From Alphaproteobacteria bacterium (GTDB taxonomy: Bacteria; Pseudomonadota; Alphaproteobacteria; Bin95): DNA of 64,000 bases. Positions 50,063-59,856 of this stretch are shown here, piece by piece. The position numbers were made by a program, and so were the translations under genes. The stretch covers positions 1,568,001 to 1,632,000 of the forward strand of contig OZ219787.1 of NCBI GenBank assembly GCA_964291285.2, read 5' to 3'. The notes beneath the pieces are model-generated. The model saw nothing but the letters and a program-made list of their open reading frames with translations. It searched no databases and had not been told where the DNA came from. Each line of letters opens with the position of its first letter. Within the stretch, counting starts at the first letter, position 1.

Positions 50063-51207
50063 TGGCGGGCCGGGAACGGATGAAACTCACCGACGCCGCC
50101 GTCGCCCGTCTCCGCCCCCGCGAGCGGGAATATACGGTCTGGGACACGCGCATCGCCGGTCTCGGCGTCCGGGTGCGGCCCACCGGCGGGCGCAGCTGGG
50201 TGCTGCTGCTCGACAGGGGCGGGCGCACCAGGCGCGTCTCGCTCGGCCCGGTCGGCGTGAAGAGCCTGGAGGAGGTTCGCAGGGAATGCCATGCCCGCAA
50301 GGCGAACCCCGAGCCGGAAAAAGAGGCCCGGCCGGCGCAGCCGGTCCCGCTGTTCCGGGATTTCGTCGCCGGTCCATGGAAGGAGGCGCATTTCGACGGC
50401 TACAAGCCCTCGACGCAGAGGACCGCCCGCTATCAGCTTGCGGGCCAGCTCCTGCCGGCATTCGGATCGAAGCCGCTGGACCGCATCGGCGAGGCCGCCA
50501 TCCGGCGCTGGTTCGAGCGATACAGCCGCACCGCGCCGGGCAACGCCAATCCCTGCCTTGCCCGTCTGCGGCAGATACTCAACTTCGCCCTCGCCTGCGG
50601 CCACATCGAGGTCAATCCCGTCGGGCGCATCGCCCCGAACCGCCGCACGGCGCTCACGCGGTTCCTGTCCCGGGAGGAACTCGCACGCCTCCATGCCGCC
50701 TTGGACGCGCAGACCCGGAAGAGCGCGCGGCAGCAGGCCGACATCGTCCGCCTCCTGCTGCTGACCGGCTGCCGCAGAAGCGAGATCACGGGCCTGCGCT
50801 GGTCCGAAGTCCGCGAGGACGGGCTGGCGCTCACCGATGCCAAGACCGGACCGAGGACGGTCCCGCTCGGCAGCGGGGCCCGGGCCATTCTCGACCGGCA
50901 GCCGCGCACGGGCAGCCCGTTCGTGTTTCCTTCGCCGTGCGACCCCGCCCGCCCGCGCAGCCCCGACCTGCCGCTCTGGTACCGCGTCAGACGCGAAGCC
51001 GGCATCGGGGATGTCCGCCTTCATGACCTGCGCCATACCATGGCCAGCCATGCGGTGATGAACGGCGTGCCGGTCCCGGTGGTCTCCCGCCTGCTCGGGC
51101 ATTCCAGTGTGCGCATGACGCTGCGCTACGCCCATCTCGCCGACCGCGACATCGAGGCCGCCGCGGAACGCGTCGGGCAGGCCATGAGCGCCGTGCTGGA
51201 GACATGA
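50062..51207 (+). CDS. Tyrosine recombinase B, copy 2
   Basis: About 10 substitutions vs 12281-13426; catalytic residues intact. Confidence 0.93.
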   Translation: MAGRERMKLTDAAVARLRPREREYTVWDTRIAGLGVRVRPTGGRSWVLLLDRGGRTRRVSLGPVGVKSLEEVRRECHARKANPEPEKEARPAQPVPLFRDFVAGPWKEAHFDGYKPSTQRTARYQLAGQLLPAFGSKPLDRIGEAAIRRWFERYSRTAPGNANPCLARLRQILNFALACGHIEVNPVGRIAPNRRTALTRFLSREELARLHAALDAQTRKSARQQADIVRLLLLTGCRRSEITGLRWSEVREDGLALTDAKTGPRTVPLGSGARAILDRQPRTGSPFVFPSPCDPARPRSPDLPLWYRVRREAGIGDVRLHDLRHTMASHAVMNGVPVPVVSRLLGHSSVRMTLRYAHLADRDIEAAAERVGQAMSAVLET

Positions 51208-51307
51208 CCGGGGCGGCCGCGGCAGACCCGCTCCTTCATGAGCGAATGGCGCCGGTCTTCTGCCTGCGCCGCACCCGGCCCGATGCTGCCGCTATCGGCG
51301 TGTCCGG

Positions 51308-52558
51308 TCAGAACTGTCGCACGAAGGAGAGTTCGGCGCGGTTTCGTTTGTAGTCGAGGGTCTGGGCGTTGGTATCGCGCTCCTCGCGGATGAGCGAGAG
51401 GCGGGGGCTGAAGCCGAGCACGGTGACGGCGCGGTTGTGCACGGAGAGCGAGAGGCTGCGCGTCTCGTCCCGGCGCGGCCTGCGGTCGATGGTATTGTGG
51501 GCGAAGCCCTGTCCCTGGTATGCGGCGCGCTGCAGGGAGGCGCGCAGGCCGAGGGTGAAGCCGGCCGGCAGCGCGAGCGTCGCGCCGAGGCCGGCCCGGG
51601 GTCCGCGGTTGCGCCAGTGTCCGGCATTGGCGCGGGTCCAGTTGTATCCGGCATGGCCGCCGAGGCGCAGGATCGGCAGGGCGGCCCAGCTTGCGCCGAG
51701 CATCGCATCGCCCGCCGGGCCGTCGAGCCAGTTGCAGCCGCGGCAGTTGCGCCGGGTGGCGCTGGCGTGGGCGAACAGGGCGAGGCGCGGCGTCAGGCGG
51801 TGCGCGCCTTCCAGCCGGACGCCGAAGCGGTCGGTCTCGGGCCGCCCGGCGGTCCATTGCCGGTCCACCACCGCCAGCAGGCTCGCCTCCGTGCTCCCGT
51901 CGATCAGCCGGCGCGGGCCGATATGGGCCGAGAGCGAATGGCGGTCGAACGCCCCGCCCTTGTATTCCCGCGCGCTGGCGTCCGCCCCGGCGCGCAGCCG
52001 CAGGGCCGGCGAAAGCGGAACCTGGTATTCGCCGCCGCCCCACAGCGAGACGCCGATGCCCGACTTGCGCGACACGTCGCCGTCGAGGGTGAAGGGCAGG
52101 CGCCCGAACGGCGTGTCGAGGAAGACCGTGCGCTCCCCCGACGCGGCGTTGAGGTTGCTGTCGGGCGCCACCGCCAGGCCGAAATGCGCCTCCCAGCGCC
52201 GCCGCGCGCGCATGATGTCGAGAAAGCGCCGGATGTTGGCGGCCACCGCCGGCGGCGGCGTCCCCGCCAGCACCTGTTCGAAATGCCGCCGCGCCAGGCT
52301 GTCCTCTTCCTTCAGGAAGAAGGCGTGCGCGAGTTCCAGACGCACCCGCACCAGGTCCGGGCGGTCCACCAGGATGGCCCGGAACGCCGCAATCGCCTCG
52401 TCGAGCTTCCCGTCGCGGGCGTCCCGGTCCGGGGCGGCCTGCGCGGCGGCAAGCGCCTCCATGCCCGCCCGGAACCGCTCGCCGGTCGCGTCCTGGCCGT
52501 GGGCCGCGGCGGCGAACAGATACAGCCCGGCCGCAATGACGAGAGCGGGTATGCGCAT
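51308..52558 (-). CDS. Slam / DUF560 translocon, copy 2
   Basis: 416 aa, near-identical to 13532-14782. Confidence 0.82.
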   Translation of the reverse strand: MRIPALVIAAGLYLFAAAAHGQDATGERFRAGMEALAAAQAAPDRDARDGKLDEAIAAFRAILVDRPDLVRVRLELAHAFFLKEEDSLARRHFEQVLAGTPPPAVAANIRRFLDIMRARRRWEAHFGLAVAPDSNLNAASGERTVFLDTPFGRLPFTLDGDVSRKSGIGVSLWGGGEYQVPLSPALRLRAGADASAREYKGGAFDRHSLSAHIGPRRLIDGSTEASLLAVVDRQWTAGRPETDRFGVRLEGAHRLTPRLALFAHASATRRNCRGCNWLDGPAGDAMLGASWAALPILRLGGHAGYNWTRANAGHWRNRGPRAGLGATLALPAGFTLGLRASLQRAAYQGQGFAHNTIDRRPRRDETRSLSLSVHNRAVTVLGFSPRLSLIREERDTNAQTLDYKRNRAELSFVRQF

Positions 52559-52670
52559 GAAAACCCCTGTCCGTGAAAGGGAACCTCCGGCCGCCCGGAG
52601 GGCGCCGGAGGAAAGAAGGCCCCGGCCGCCTGAAGCAGCCGGGGCCTGAACCGGATGTTCCGGGAGCGGG

Positions 52671-54416
52671 CTACTCTGCCGGCGCCTGTATCCTCGTCGA
52701 GAAGGCGCCGGCAGCCGACCCGTTCGGGAAATGGGTGTTGAAGGTGCCCAGGTAACCGGCCGGGCGCCCCACGCCGTCCGGGCTGAAAGGGGTACCCTGC
52801 CAACTGCCGGGCTTGTCGAAGGCGGTGCTGCCGCTGGAACCCGTGGCCAAGCCCTCGGCATCGAAGCTGACATGCTTTGTCTGCGCGAGCTTGACGCTCC
52901 ACTTCTCGTCGACGGCATTCCCCATGAAGTTGTCGATCTTTCCTTCTATTTTGGGATCAGCCCCGAACTTGGCGTTGAGCGTCACATCCGCCGTGAACCG
53001 TGCGGTCTTCTGCCCCGTGTGCTCGCCAGCGGTGTAGAGCTTCAGCGCCGACAGGCCAAAGGCTTCGCCCTTGTAGGTGGCAGTGTTCGGGAGAGTGGTG
53101 CTCTTGCCGTAATCTCCGCGACTGACGGCAGGGCTGTTTGCCATGACCGCAATCCCGGTGGTTGTGCCGGTTCCATACAGCCAGTACCCGTAGCGGACAT
53201 AGCCTTGGTACTCCGTGTAGTGGGAGTTCCTCGGCGTTATCCAGTAGTAGCGATACGAGCCCGCGTAGCCATCGTCGAATTCGTCGGCCGCCTTGAAGAA
53301 CAGGTTGCCGGTCAGCTTGCCGCCCTCGGCAGAGCATGTGCCCTGGCAATACAGCGTCCCCTTGACCCCCTTGTAATACTGGTCGGCGAGCATGCCGCCG
53401 GTGAGCGTGGGATACGCCGTCAGGGCCGTTCCGCTCGAGTCGGTGAGTGAGGACAGGGGCATCCCGGCAAGGGGCAGGACATCGACATCCATGTTGTCGG
53501 TGCCGAAGGCCTTCTTCACGAGCATCCCATCCTTGGCGGCAATCTGCTCCCAGGTCATGACGCCGGCCGGGAGTTCGCCATCGTCATACTTGTGATAGAA
53601 CATGGATCTCCGATCGGCGACCTCCCCGGTGGCGATGACCTTCCTCGGCGGCATGGAGACCCCGGAGAGGGTCCCTGTCGGCCTCGGACTGTACTGAGAC
53701 GTGCCGTTTTTGCCATCGTAACCGCCGGTGCGGGTCGAGCCGGAGCGAGCTGAGGCCGCAGGCGACAAGGTATCAAGCAGCCGCCTCGCGGGCCTTGACG
53801 ATGTAGCGTTGTCGAAGCCAGCGGTAGCGAGGGTTTCGCCGGCGCGGTCCTTGATTTCCGCCTCGGTATCGACCCTCGAGAAATAGTCTCCGATCGTGCC
53901 GGCCCCGGTCAGGGTCTTCTCGATGGCCTTGATCTCCGCTTTCACTGTTTCGATCTGACCCGTGACCACCTTCTTCTGCGCCGCAAGGCCGGTCGTGCCG
54001 GCCGGCAGGGCGTTCAGGTCCGTCTGCGCCTTCTCGGCCGCCGTCAGCGCCGCCTTGGCGTCCGCCAGCGCCTTCTCGGCCGCCGCCTTCGCGGCCGTCA
54101 CGAGCGCGGCGTTGGTCCGGACCACCGAGCTGTCGCCGCCTGTATAGTAGATTTGCTGAGCGAATTGGGGCGGCTCGACCGCCTTCTTGACCGCGGCCAG
54201 CTGAGCTTCCGCTTCCTTCTTGGCATCCATCGCCGCCGTCTCGGCTGCCGCGGCGGCGTCGTAGGCCGCCTGCGCCTTCTGGACGTCCGTCATCTCCATC
54301 TGCTGGTCGCCGTCCATCGGCGCGGCCGCCTTCTTCCCGCCACCGCCTCCGCAGCCCGCGAGCGCCAGGCCCGCAGCGGCCATCGCCGCCAGAGCCACAT
54401 GTCTCATGGTCCTCAT
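52671..54416 (-). CDS. TbpB-like Slam-dependent surface lipoprotein, copy 2 (intact, 581 aa)
   Basis: Lipobox LAGC-GGGG, Ala/Lys coiled-coil stalk, C-terminal barrel ATYKGEA...FTADVTLNA...GTFNTHF...AGAF. Confidence 0.83.
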   Translation of the reverse strand: MRTMRHVALAAMAAAGLALAGCGGGGGKKAAAPMDGDQQMEMTDVQKAQAAYDAAAAAETAAMDAKKEAEAQLAAVKKAVEPPQFAQQIYYTGGDSSVVRTNAALVTAAKAAAEKALADAKAALTAAEKAQTDLNALPAGTTGLAAQKKVVTGQIETVKAEIKAIEKTLTGAGTIGDYFSRVDTEAEIKDRAGETLATAGFDNATSSRPARRLLDTLSPAASARSGSTRTGGYDGKNGTSQYSPRPTGTLSGVSMPPRKVIATGEVADRRSMFYHKYDDGELPAGVMTWEQIAAKDGMLVKKAFGTDNMDVDVLPLAGMPLSSLTDSSGTALTAYPTLTGGMLADQYYKGVKGTLYCQGTCSAEGGKLTGNLFFKAADEFDDGYAGSYRYYWITPRNSHYTEYQGYVRYGYWLYGTGTTTGIAVMANSPAVSRGDYGKSTTLPNTATYKGEAFGLSALKLYTAGEHTGQKTARFTADVTLNAKFGADPKIEGKIDNFMGNAVDEKWSVKLAQTKHVSFDAEGLATGSSGSTAFDKPGSWQGTPFSPDGVGRPAGYLGTFNTHFPNGSAAGAFSTRIQAPAE

Positions 54417-54498
54417 CGAACCCTTCTCCTTCCTTCTCTCAAGCCCGGACAGACCGGGCAAACCGTTTGAACCGTTCCTTCGCCGCGCGAAACGCCGC

Positions 54499-55599
54499 TC
54501 AGAAGTTCAGCGTGATGCCGGTCACGAACCCGGCGCCCTCGACATTGCTGCCGTCCGCCCGGTCCTTCTCGGCCATGAACAGCGAGCTTCTCCAGGCAAT
54601 GCCCGGCGCCAGCGTGTAGCCCGCCGAAAGCAGGCCGCCCGACTGCTCCGTGCCGTCGTCGGCCTCGGTCATCGTGCCGCTCAGGCTCACCGCCATCGCG
54701 CCTTCCGAATACATCACCCCGGCGGCCACGACCTCGACATCCTCGGGACCGTCCGCCTTCATGCCGTCGTCCGCCGTGGCGTAGGCGACATCGAAGCTGA
54801 ACGCCCCCATGCCCACCCGCAGGCCGGCATTCGTGTAGGTCATGTCGTCGGCGTCCATCTGGCTCTTCTGGTAGTGGCCCGCAGAGAACGCCAGGTTCAT
54901 GTTGCCGAAATCGCCCTTGTAGTTGCCGCCGACCGACCAGGCGTCGTCGTCATTGTTCATCACATTGCCGCCACGGCCTTCCTGCTTCGTGTTCGGGATG
55001 TAGCTCACGCCCATCTGCGCGCCGTTCACCCGCGGCGTGAAGTAGCTCACCAGGTTCCTGTCGCCGAGGCCGTGGCCCGCGGTCCCCAAGCCCTTCACGC
55101 TGCACTCGTCGATGCCCTTGATCCATCTGCCCATGTCGCCGCAGTTCATGCCGAAACCGGCATCCCGCACGCCCATGTGGGTGAGAACCACCGCGCTGTC
55201 CTCGGCTCCCAGCGTGATCTGACCGAACTCGCCGCCAACCGTCACCTGCGACTCGTCAATCATCTTGTCCGAACTGTTGCCCTCGAGCTCCACCTTCACC
55301 AAGAAGGTCATGCCGTTGTCGGCTTCCAGCTTGCCCTTGAAGAAGATCTCGCTGTCCGACTGCTGGGCAACGCCGCCCTCGACCGTCGCGTCCGCCTCGT
55401 CGTCCACATCGACCATCCCGAACCACTGCTGCATGTAGCCGCCGACGCCCACGCTCAGCATGTCCGCCGCAGACGCGGGACCCGCCGCAAGCGCAAGACC
55501 CGAGGCCGCAAGAAGAACCTTGCCCGTGAAACCCCGCGCTCGGCATCCGCCATGCAGCCTGCCGTCCCCCGGCCATGCCGGGCCATGTCTTGTCGTCAT
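54499..55599 (-). CDS. Alphaproteobacterial porin, copy 2
   Basis: Homologous to 16707-17888 but with a shorter last loop. Confidence 0.85.
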   Translation of the reverse strand: MTTRHGPAWPGDGRLHGGCRARGFTGKVLLAASGLALAAGPASAADMLSVGVGGYMQQWFGMVDVDDEADATVEGGVAQQSDSEIFFKGKLEADNGMTFLVKVELEGNSSDKMIDESQVTVGGEFGQITLGAEDSAVVLTHMGVRDAGFGMNCGDMGRWIKGIDECSVKGLGTAGHGLGDRNLVSYFTPRVNGAQMGVSYIPNTKQEGRGGNVMNNDDDAWSVGGNYKGDFGNMNLAFSAGHYQKSQMDADDMTYTNAGLRVGMGAFSFDVAYATADDGMKADGPEDVEVVAAGVMYSEGAMAVSLSGTMTEADDGTEQSGGLLSAGYTLAPGIAWRSSLFMAEKDRADGSNVEGAGFVTGITLNF

Positions 55600-55950
55600 C
55601 GTCTCGTCTCCTTCAGGTGAAAGCCCGTCCGCAGCGCCCGTCGACCGCCGCACGCCGGAGAAGGCGCACGACGGGGCGGCAGGTCACCGGGGACGGGAGG
55701 TGAAGCCGCGGCCCCGGAAAGGCCGCGGCAGAAAGCGTGACGGGGAAAGCCGGGCCGCCCGCAAGGCGGTCATGCCGCAAGCGCGGCGGGCGCGCTCCCG
55801 CGCGCTGCCCGGCAACCTGTCCATCTGCACGCGCCCGGCGCTCCTCCGCAGAGGACGCACGGGCGGGAAAGACAACAATCAGGCGGGAGCCGCTCTCCCG
55901 ATGGCGAACCGGCAGACCGGCGCCAGAAGACGGCATATGAAAGACATGAA

Positions 55951-56048
55951 GAGGCGCGAGGCGCGAGGCGCGAGGCGCGAGGCGCGAGGCGCGAGGCGCG
56001 AGGCGCGAGGCGCGAGGCGCGAGGCGCGAGGCGCGAGGCGCGAGGCGT
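55951..56048 (+). repeat. Heptamer tandem repeat (GAGGCGC)x13 plus GAGGCGT
   Basis: Counted directly. Confidence 0.95.
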
Positions 56049-57014
56049 ATTCTACACCGTGTTCGAGCCGCTGAAGTCAAGTCCGGATACACCCGCCGCT
56101 GAGATGGCCCGGAACCTCTAACCCGGCCGCACGACACCGCACAAGCTCCCGGACCAACCCCCACGCCGATTTTACCGACCTGTTGCATCCATGCCACAGT
56201 CAGCCGCCGACGGGCCCCCGCAAACCGGGCCCGCGGCGCCCATCGACGACCGGCAGGCGCGGCTTTCTCCACCGGCGTGCAATGGAACGCAATGGAGCGT
56301 CCGCTGCCGCGTCTTCCCCACTCCAGGCCCGCCGCCGCCAGCGGCGCATCGACAAATGCGCCGCCCTCCCCCGGGTCTCGTCCCCGCTCTCCCGGTTCGC
56401 CATCCGCCGCCGCTCGATCCGCGACAGGACCGCCGCCTCCCGCAGCACCCGGAGCAGAAGGTTCGTTGACGGACCCGCCGCCCCGGCGCCTCCACCGGGC
56501 CGGCGAGCCGGTGCGCGATGTAGCGGAAGACCATCATGCCGGACCGCCTGCGCGCTCGCCGATGCGCGCCCGTTTCCCGCCGGGCGCCATCACCGCGCGC
56601 TGCGCCGCCCGGCGGCCGGCTCATGACGACGCTCCCGCAACCGCCGCAGCCGTCACCATTCCGATTTCCATCGGCCAACATGCTTGCGTTTCTCCTGTAT
56701 CAATTATGGTATTCATCCTCTCAAGAGGTGATTCGGTGCATCACCGCTATGATCCTGACTGTCTTCGCATCAGGAGACTATCCATGCATGGAGCTATCCT
56801 CCATGCCCCCCTGAGCACAACGCATTGTCCTTGTTCACTTCCCCCAGTGCCATTATCGCCTTTACGGCTTCCTCGTAGGTCAATCCGGTTTCCTGCCATT
56901 GCCTCTTGTCATGCCCGGAAATATCCAGTATTCAGGCCCCCCTCATGGGAGGAATGCGACCTTTCGTCAGATAGTGCCCTAACGTGAAAAATCTCATTTG
57001 AGATTTACACCAGA

Positions 57015-57112
57015 GAGGCGGCGATGCGCGCGCCCTCGGCGTCGGAACAGCCCGCCGCAGCGAAGGCTTCGCCGATCAGGGATTCGGCGGTTTCGACCGG
57101 TATGCGGGGCAC
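57015..57112 (-). pseudogene. 5' part (MPRIPVETAESLIGEAFAAAGCSDAEGARIAAS) of the Ldh_2 dehydrogenase
   Basis: GTG at 57112 with GAGGAG RBS; continues in frame into LVSANLAGHDSHG when the element is removed. Confidence 0.9.
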
Positions 57113-57122
57113 CGGGTTCTCC

Positions 57123-58157
57123 TCAGAGTGTCGGGAACAGCACTCCGAAGACGATACCGGAGAGGACCGCGCCGGCAAATCCGAGTCCGACATAGGCCGC
57201 GAAGACAGGACGCCGCACCACCGCATAGACGGCCGTCATGGCCGGGATGCAGCTCACCGCGCCCGCCACCATGAAGGCCATGCCGGCGCCGTTGGTCATG
57301 CCCTGCTCGATCAGCCCGGCAACGAGCGCCGGGGCCGCATAGCCGTTGAGATAGGCGGGCGCGCCCACCAGCGCGGCGGTGACGATCGGCAGCAGGCCCT
57401 CGCCGCCGACCGCGCCGGCGATCGCCTCGGCCGGCAGCCATGCCAGCATCAGGCTCTCCAGCAGGTAGGCGAGCGTCAGCCATTTGAGCAGGAAGAGGGC
57501 GTTTTCCTTCGCCTCGCCGGCGAAGACCCGCCGGCGGTCCGCATGGCCCCAGAAGCGCCATTCGGGCGTGCCGCCGAAGGCGCTCGGCGCGCCGCAGCAG
57601 CCGCCGGCCTCGCGCGGCTTCACCGGATCGGCGAAGAAGCCGGCGCGCACCGCCGCCTGCATGGCGAAGCCGCCCATCAGGCCGACGCCGACGGCGGCGG
57701 CCGTCTTGCCGATGGCGAAGGGCCAGCCGAGCGCGCCGGCGGTGATGAGGAGGGCGGCCGGGTCGATCAGCGGCGAGGACAGCCAGAACGCCATCACCGC
57801 CGAGACCGGCGTGCCGAGCGCCAGCAGCGCGGCGATGAAGGGGATCACCTCGCAGGAGCAAAAGGGCGCGAGGCCCCCGACCAGCGCCGCCAGCACGATC
57901 ATCCGGCTCTCCCGCCCGACGAAGGCCCGCGCCACCAGCGCATCGGCCCCCGTCGCCTTCAGCACCGCGACCGCCAGCACCGCAAAGGCGATGAAGGGCA
58001 GGGTGTGCAGGAGCGCGCTGAGCGTGAAGGAGACGGAGGGGCGGAACTGCGCCGGGTCGGCAAGGGCGACCGCAGCCAGAATGGCGAGCACGGCCAGCCA
58101 GACGCGGCCGATTTTCGGCCATTCGAGGCGTTGCAGCGCAGCGGCGAGGGCGGTCAT
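57123..58157 (-). CDS. ArsP/DUF318-family permease
   Basis: PFCSCEVIP, FWLSSPLIDP; adjacent ArsR. Confidence 0.85.
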   Translation of the reverse strand: MTALAAALQRLEWPKIGRVWLAVLAILAAVALADPAQFRPSVSFTLSALLHTLPFIAFAVLAVAVLKATGADALVARAFVGRESRMIVLAALVGGLAPFCSCEVIPFIAALLALGTPVSAVMAFWLSSPLIDPAALLITAGALGWPFAIGKTAAAVGVGLMGGFAMQAAVRAGFFADPVKPREAGGCCGAPSAFGGTPEWRFWGHADRRRVFAGEAKENALFLLKWLTLAYLLESLMLAWLPAEAIAGAVGGEGLLPIVTAALVGAPAYLNGYAAPALVAGLIEQGMTNGAGMAFMVAGAVSCIPAMTAVYAVVRRPVFAAYVGLGFAGAVLSGIVFGVLFPTL

Positions 58158-58186
58158 CCGGCCGGTCCTTATTTCTATATTTCTAA

Positions 58187-58510
58187 CTAGATCGAAATAT
58201 GCCGATGTCCCGGAGATTTGTCAACCTCGTCCGCGCAACATTCTTTCAGCAGGAAACCCAGCGTTTCGTTCATCGCCTCCGCATTGGCGCGGCAGATGAG
58301 CGTGGTGCCGCGCCGCTCACGGCTCATCAGGCCGCAATCCGCCAGCCGGCGCAAATGGTGCGAGAGCGTGGAGCGGGGCACGCCCGTGCGCTCATGGATG
58401 TCGTTGACGGCAAGCCCCCGCTCGCCCGCCCGCACTACATGGCGGAACACGGCAAGCCGCGTCTCGTTGCCGAGCACTTCCAGGCGGACGGCGATTTCTC
58501 CAAGCGTCAT
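58187..58510 (-). CDS. ArsR/SmtB-family regulator
   Basis: LGNETRLAVFR, STLSHHL, C-terminal CC. Confidence 0.88.
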   Translation of the reverse strand: MTLGEIAVRLEVLGNETRLAVFRHVVRAGERGLAVNDIHERTGVPRSTLSHHLRRLADCGLMSRERRGTTLICRANAEAMNETLGFLLKECCADEVDKSPGHRHISI

Positions 58511-58626
58511 GAGGCTGGAGTATAGAGCGGAAACGGGCCTTTCGCGCCGTAAATCGGGCCGTCGCCTTTGTCTCCCTTGTATGTCTCCGGTTCATTGCCG
58601 CGGCTATCGTTGCGACGGCGGGCGCA

Positions 58627-59829
58627 TCACGCGGTCTCGCCGCCTATGGCGCCGGCGGCCTCCAGTTCCGCGATGGCCTCGGCCGGGAAGCCGTATTCCG
58701 CGAGCACGTCGCGATTGTGCTGGCCCAGCAGCGGCGGTGGCGTGCGCACGGTCCGGCCTTCGAAGGCGTCCATGCGGATCGGGTTCGAGAGCAGCTTCAG
58801 CGCGCCGACGGTCGGGTGGTCGATCTCCTCGACCATGCCCTGCTGGCGGACCTGCGGATCGGCGAACACCCTGTCGAGGGAATAGACCGGGCCGGTCGGG
58901 ATGCCGCCCTCCATTAGCTCCTTCGTCCAGTCGATGGCGTTCCGTGTGCGGAACCGGACATTCAGGAGTTCGCGCAACTCGTCCCGGTTCGCCCGGCGGA
59001 GGTCGTTCGTGCTGTATTTCTCCTCCGCCAGCAACTCCTCGCAGCCGAGCACCCGGCAGAGCCACTGCCAGTGCTTGTCGCTCGGCGTGGCGACGTTGAG
59101 CGGGCCGTCCTTCGCTTCGAACAGGCCGTAGGGATAGATCGTCGGATGGTCGTTGCCGGCCTGGCCGGGCACCTCGCCGTTCGACAGGTAGCGCTGGCCC
59201 TGCACGCTCAGCAGGCCGACGAGAGCGGCCATTAGCGAGGTCTCGACCCGCTGGCCCTTTCCGGTCACGTGCCGCTGGGCGACGGCGGCGGTGATGGCGA
59301 GCGCGCACCACATGCCGGCCGTGAAGTCGCCGATGGGAACGCCGTAGCGGGTGGGCGCGCCGCCGGGCTCGCCCGTCAGGCTCATCATGCCGGACATGCC
59401 CTGCGCGATCTGGTCGAGGCCGGGCCAGCTTCCGTAGGGCCCGGAACTGCCCATGCCCGTGATGCTGCCGTAGATGACGCCGGGGTTGGCCGCGCTGACG
59501 GCCTCGTAGTCGAGGCCTATCGCCGCCGTCGTCCCGGGCTTGAAATTCTCCACCACGACATCGGCTTCCGCCGCCATCCGGCGCACCGCCTCCAGGCCCG
59601 CCTCATTGCGGAAATCGACGCCGAGGCCCCGCTTGTTGCGGTTGATGGAGAGGTAATAGACGCCGATATCATGGTCGTAGGGCCCCCAGAGCCGCGTCAG
59701 GTCCCCGTTCGGCAGGGGCTCGACCTTCACCACGTCAGCGCCGAAATCGGCGAGGATCATGGTGCAGAACGGGCCGGCGGCGGCGCGCGTCAGGTCCAGT
59801 ACGCGGACGGTCTCGAGCGGCAGCGGCAT
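58627..59829 (-). CDS. CaiB/BaiF family III CoA-transferase
   Basis: AGPFCTMILADFGADVVKVE, NRNKR, ENFKPG. Confidence 0.92.
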   Translation of the reverse strand: MPLPLETVRVLDLTRAAAGPFCTMILADFGADVVKVEPLPNGDLTRLWGPYDHDIGVYYLSINRNKRGLGVDFRNEAGLEAVRRMAAEADVVVENFKPGTTAAIGLDYEAVSAANPGVIYGSITGMGSSGPYGSWPGLDQIAQGMSGMMSLTGEPGGAPTRYGVPIGDFTAGMWCALAITAAVAQRHVTGKGQRVETSLMAALVGLLSVQGQRYLSNGEVPGQAGNDHPTIYPYGLFEAKDGPLNVATPSDKHWQWLCRVLGCEELLAEEKYSTNDLRRANRDELRELLNVRFRTRNAIDWTKELMEGGIPTGPVYSLDRVFADPQVRQQGMVEEIDHPTVGALKLLSNPIRMDAFEGRTVRTPPPLLGQHNRDVLAEYGFPAEAIAELEAAGAIGGETA

Positions 59830-59856
59830 GGCGTGTCTCCGGTTGCTTGCGCGGCC

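Larger units (their letters stand above)
48819..57014 (+). mobile_element. Dual tyrosine-recombinase element, copy 2 (~8.2 kb)
   Basis: Same gene order and ends as 11038-19289; GAG at 48816-18 and 57015-17; interrupts the Ldh_2 gene. Confidence 0.92.

Noticed and set aside
48819-57014. Second element copy as an assembly duplication
   Set aside because: It has distinct target genes, a highly divergent lipoprotein, porin indels and scattered substitutions, which argue for genuinely separate copies
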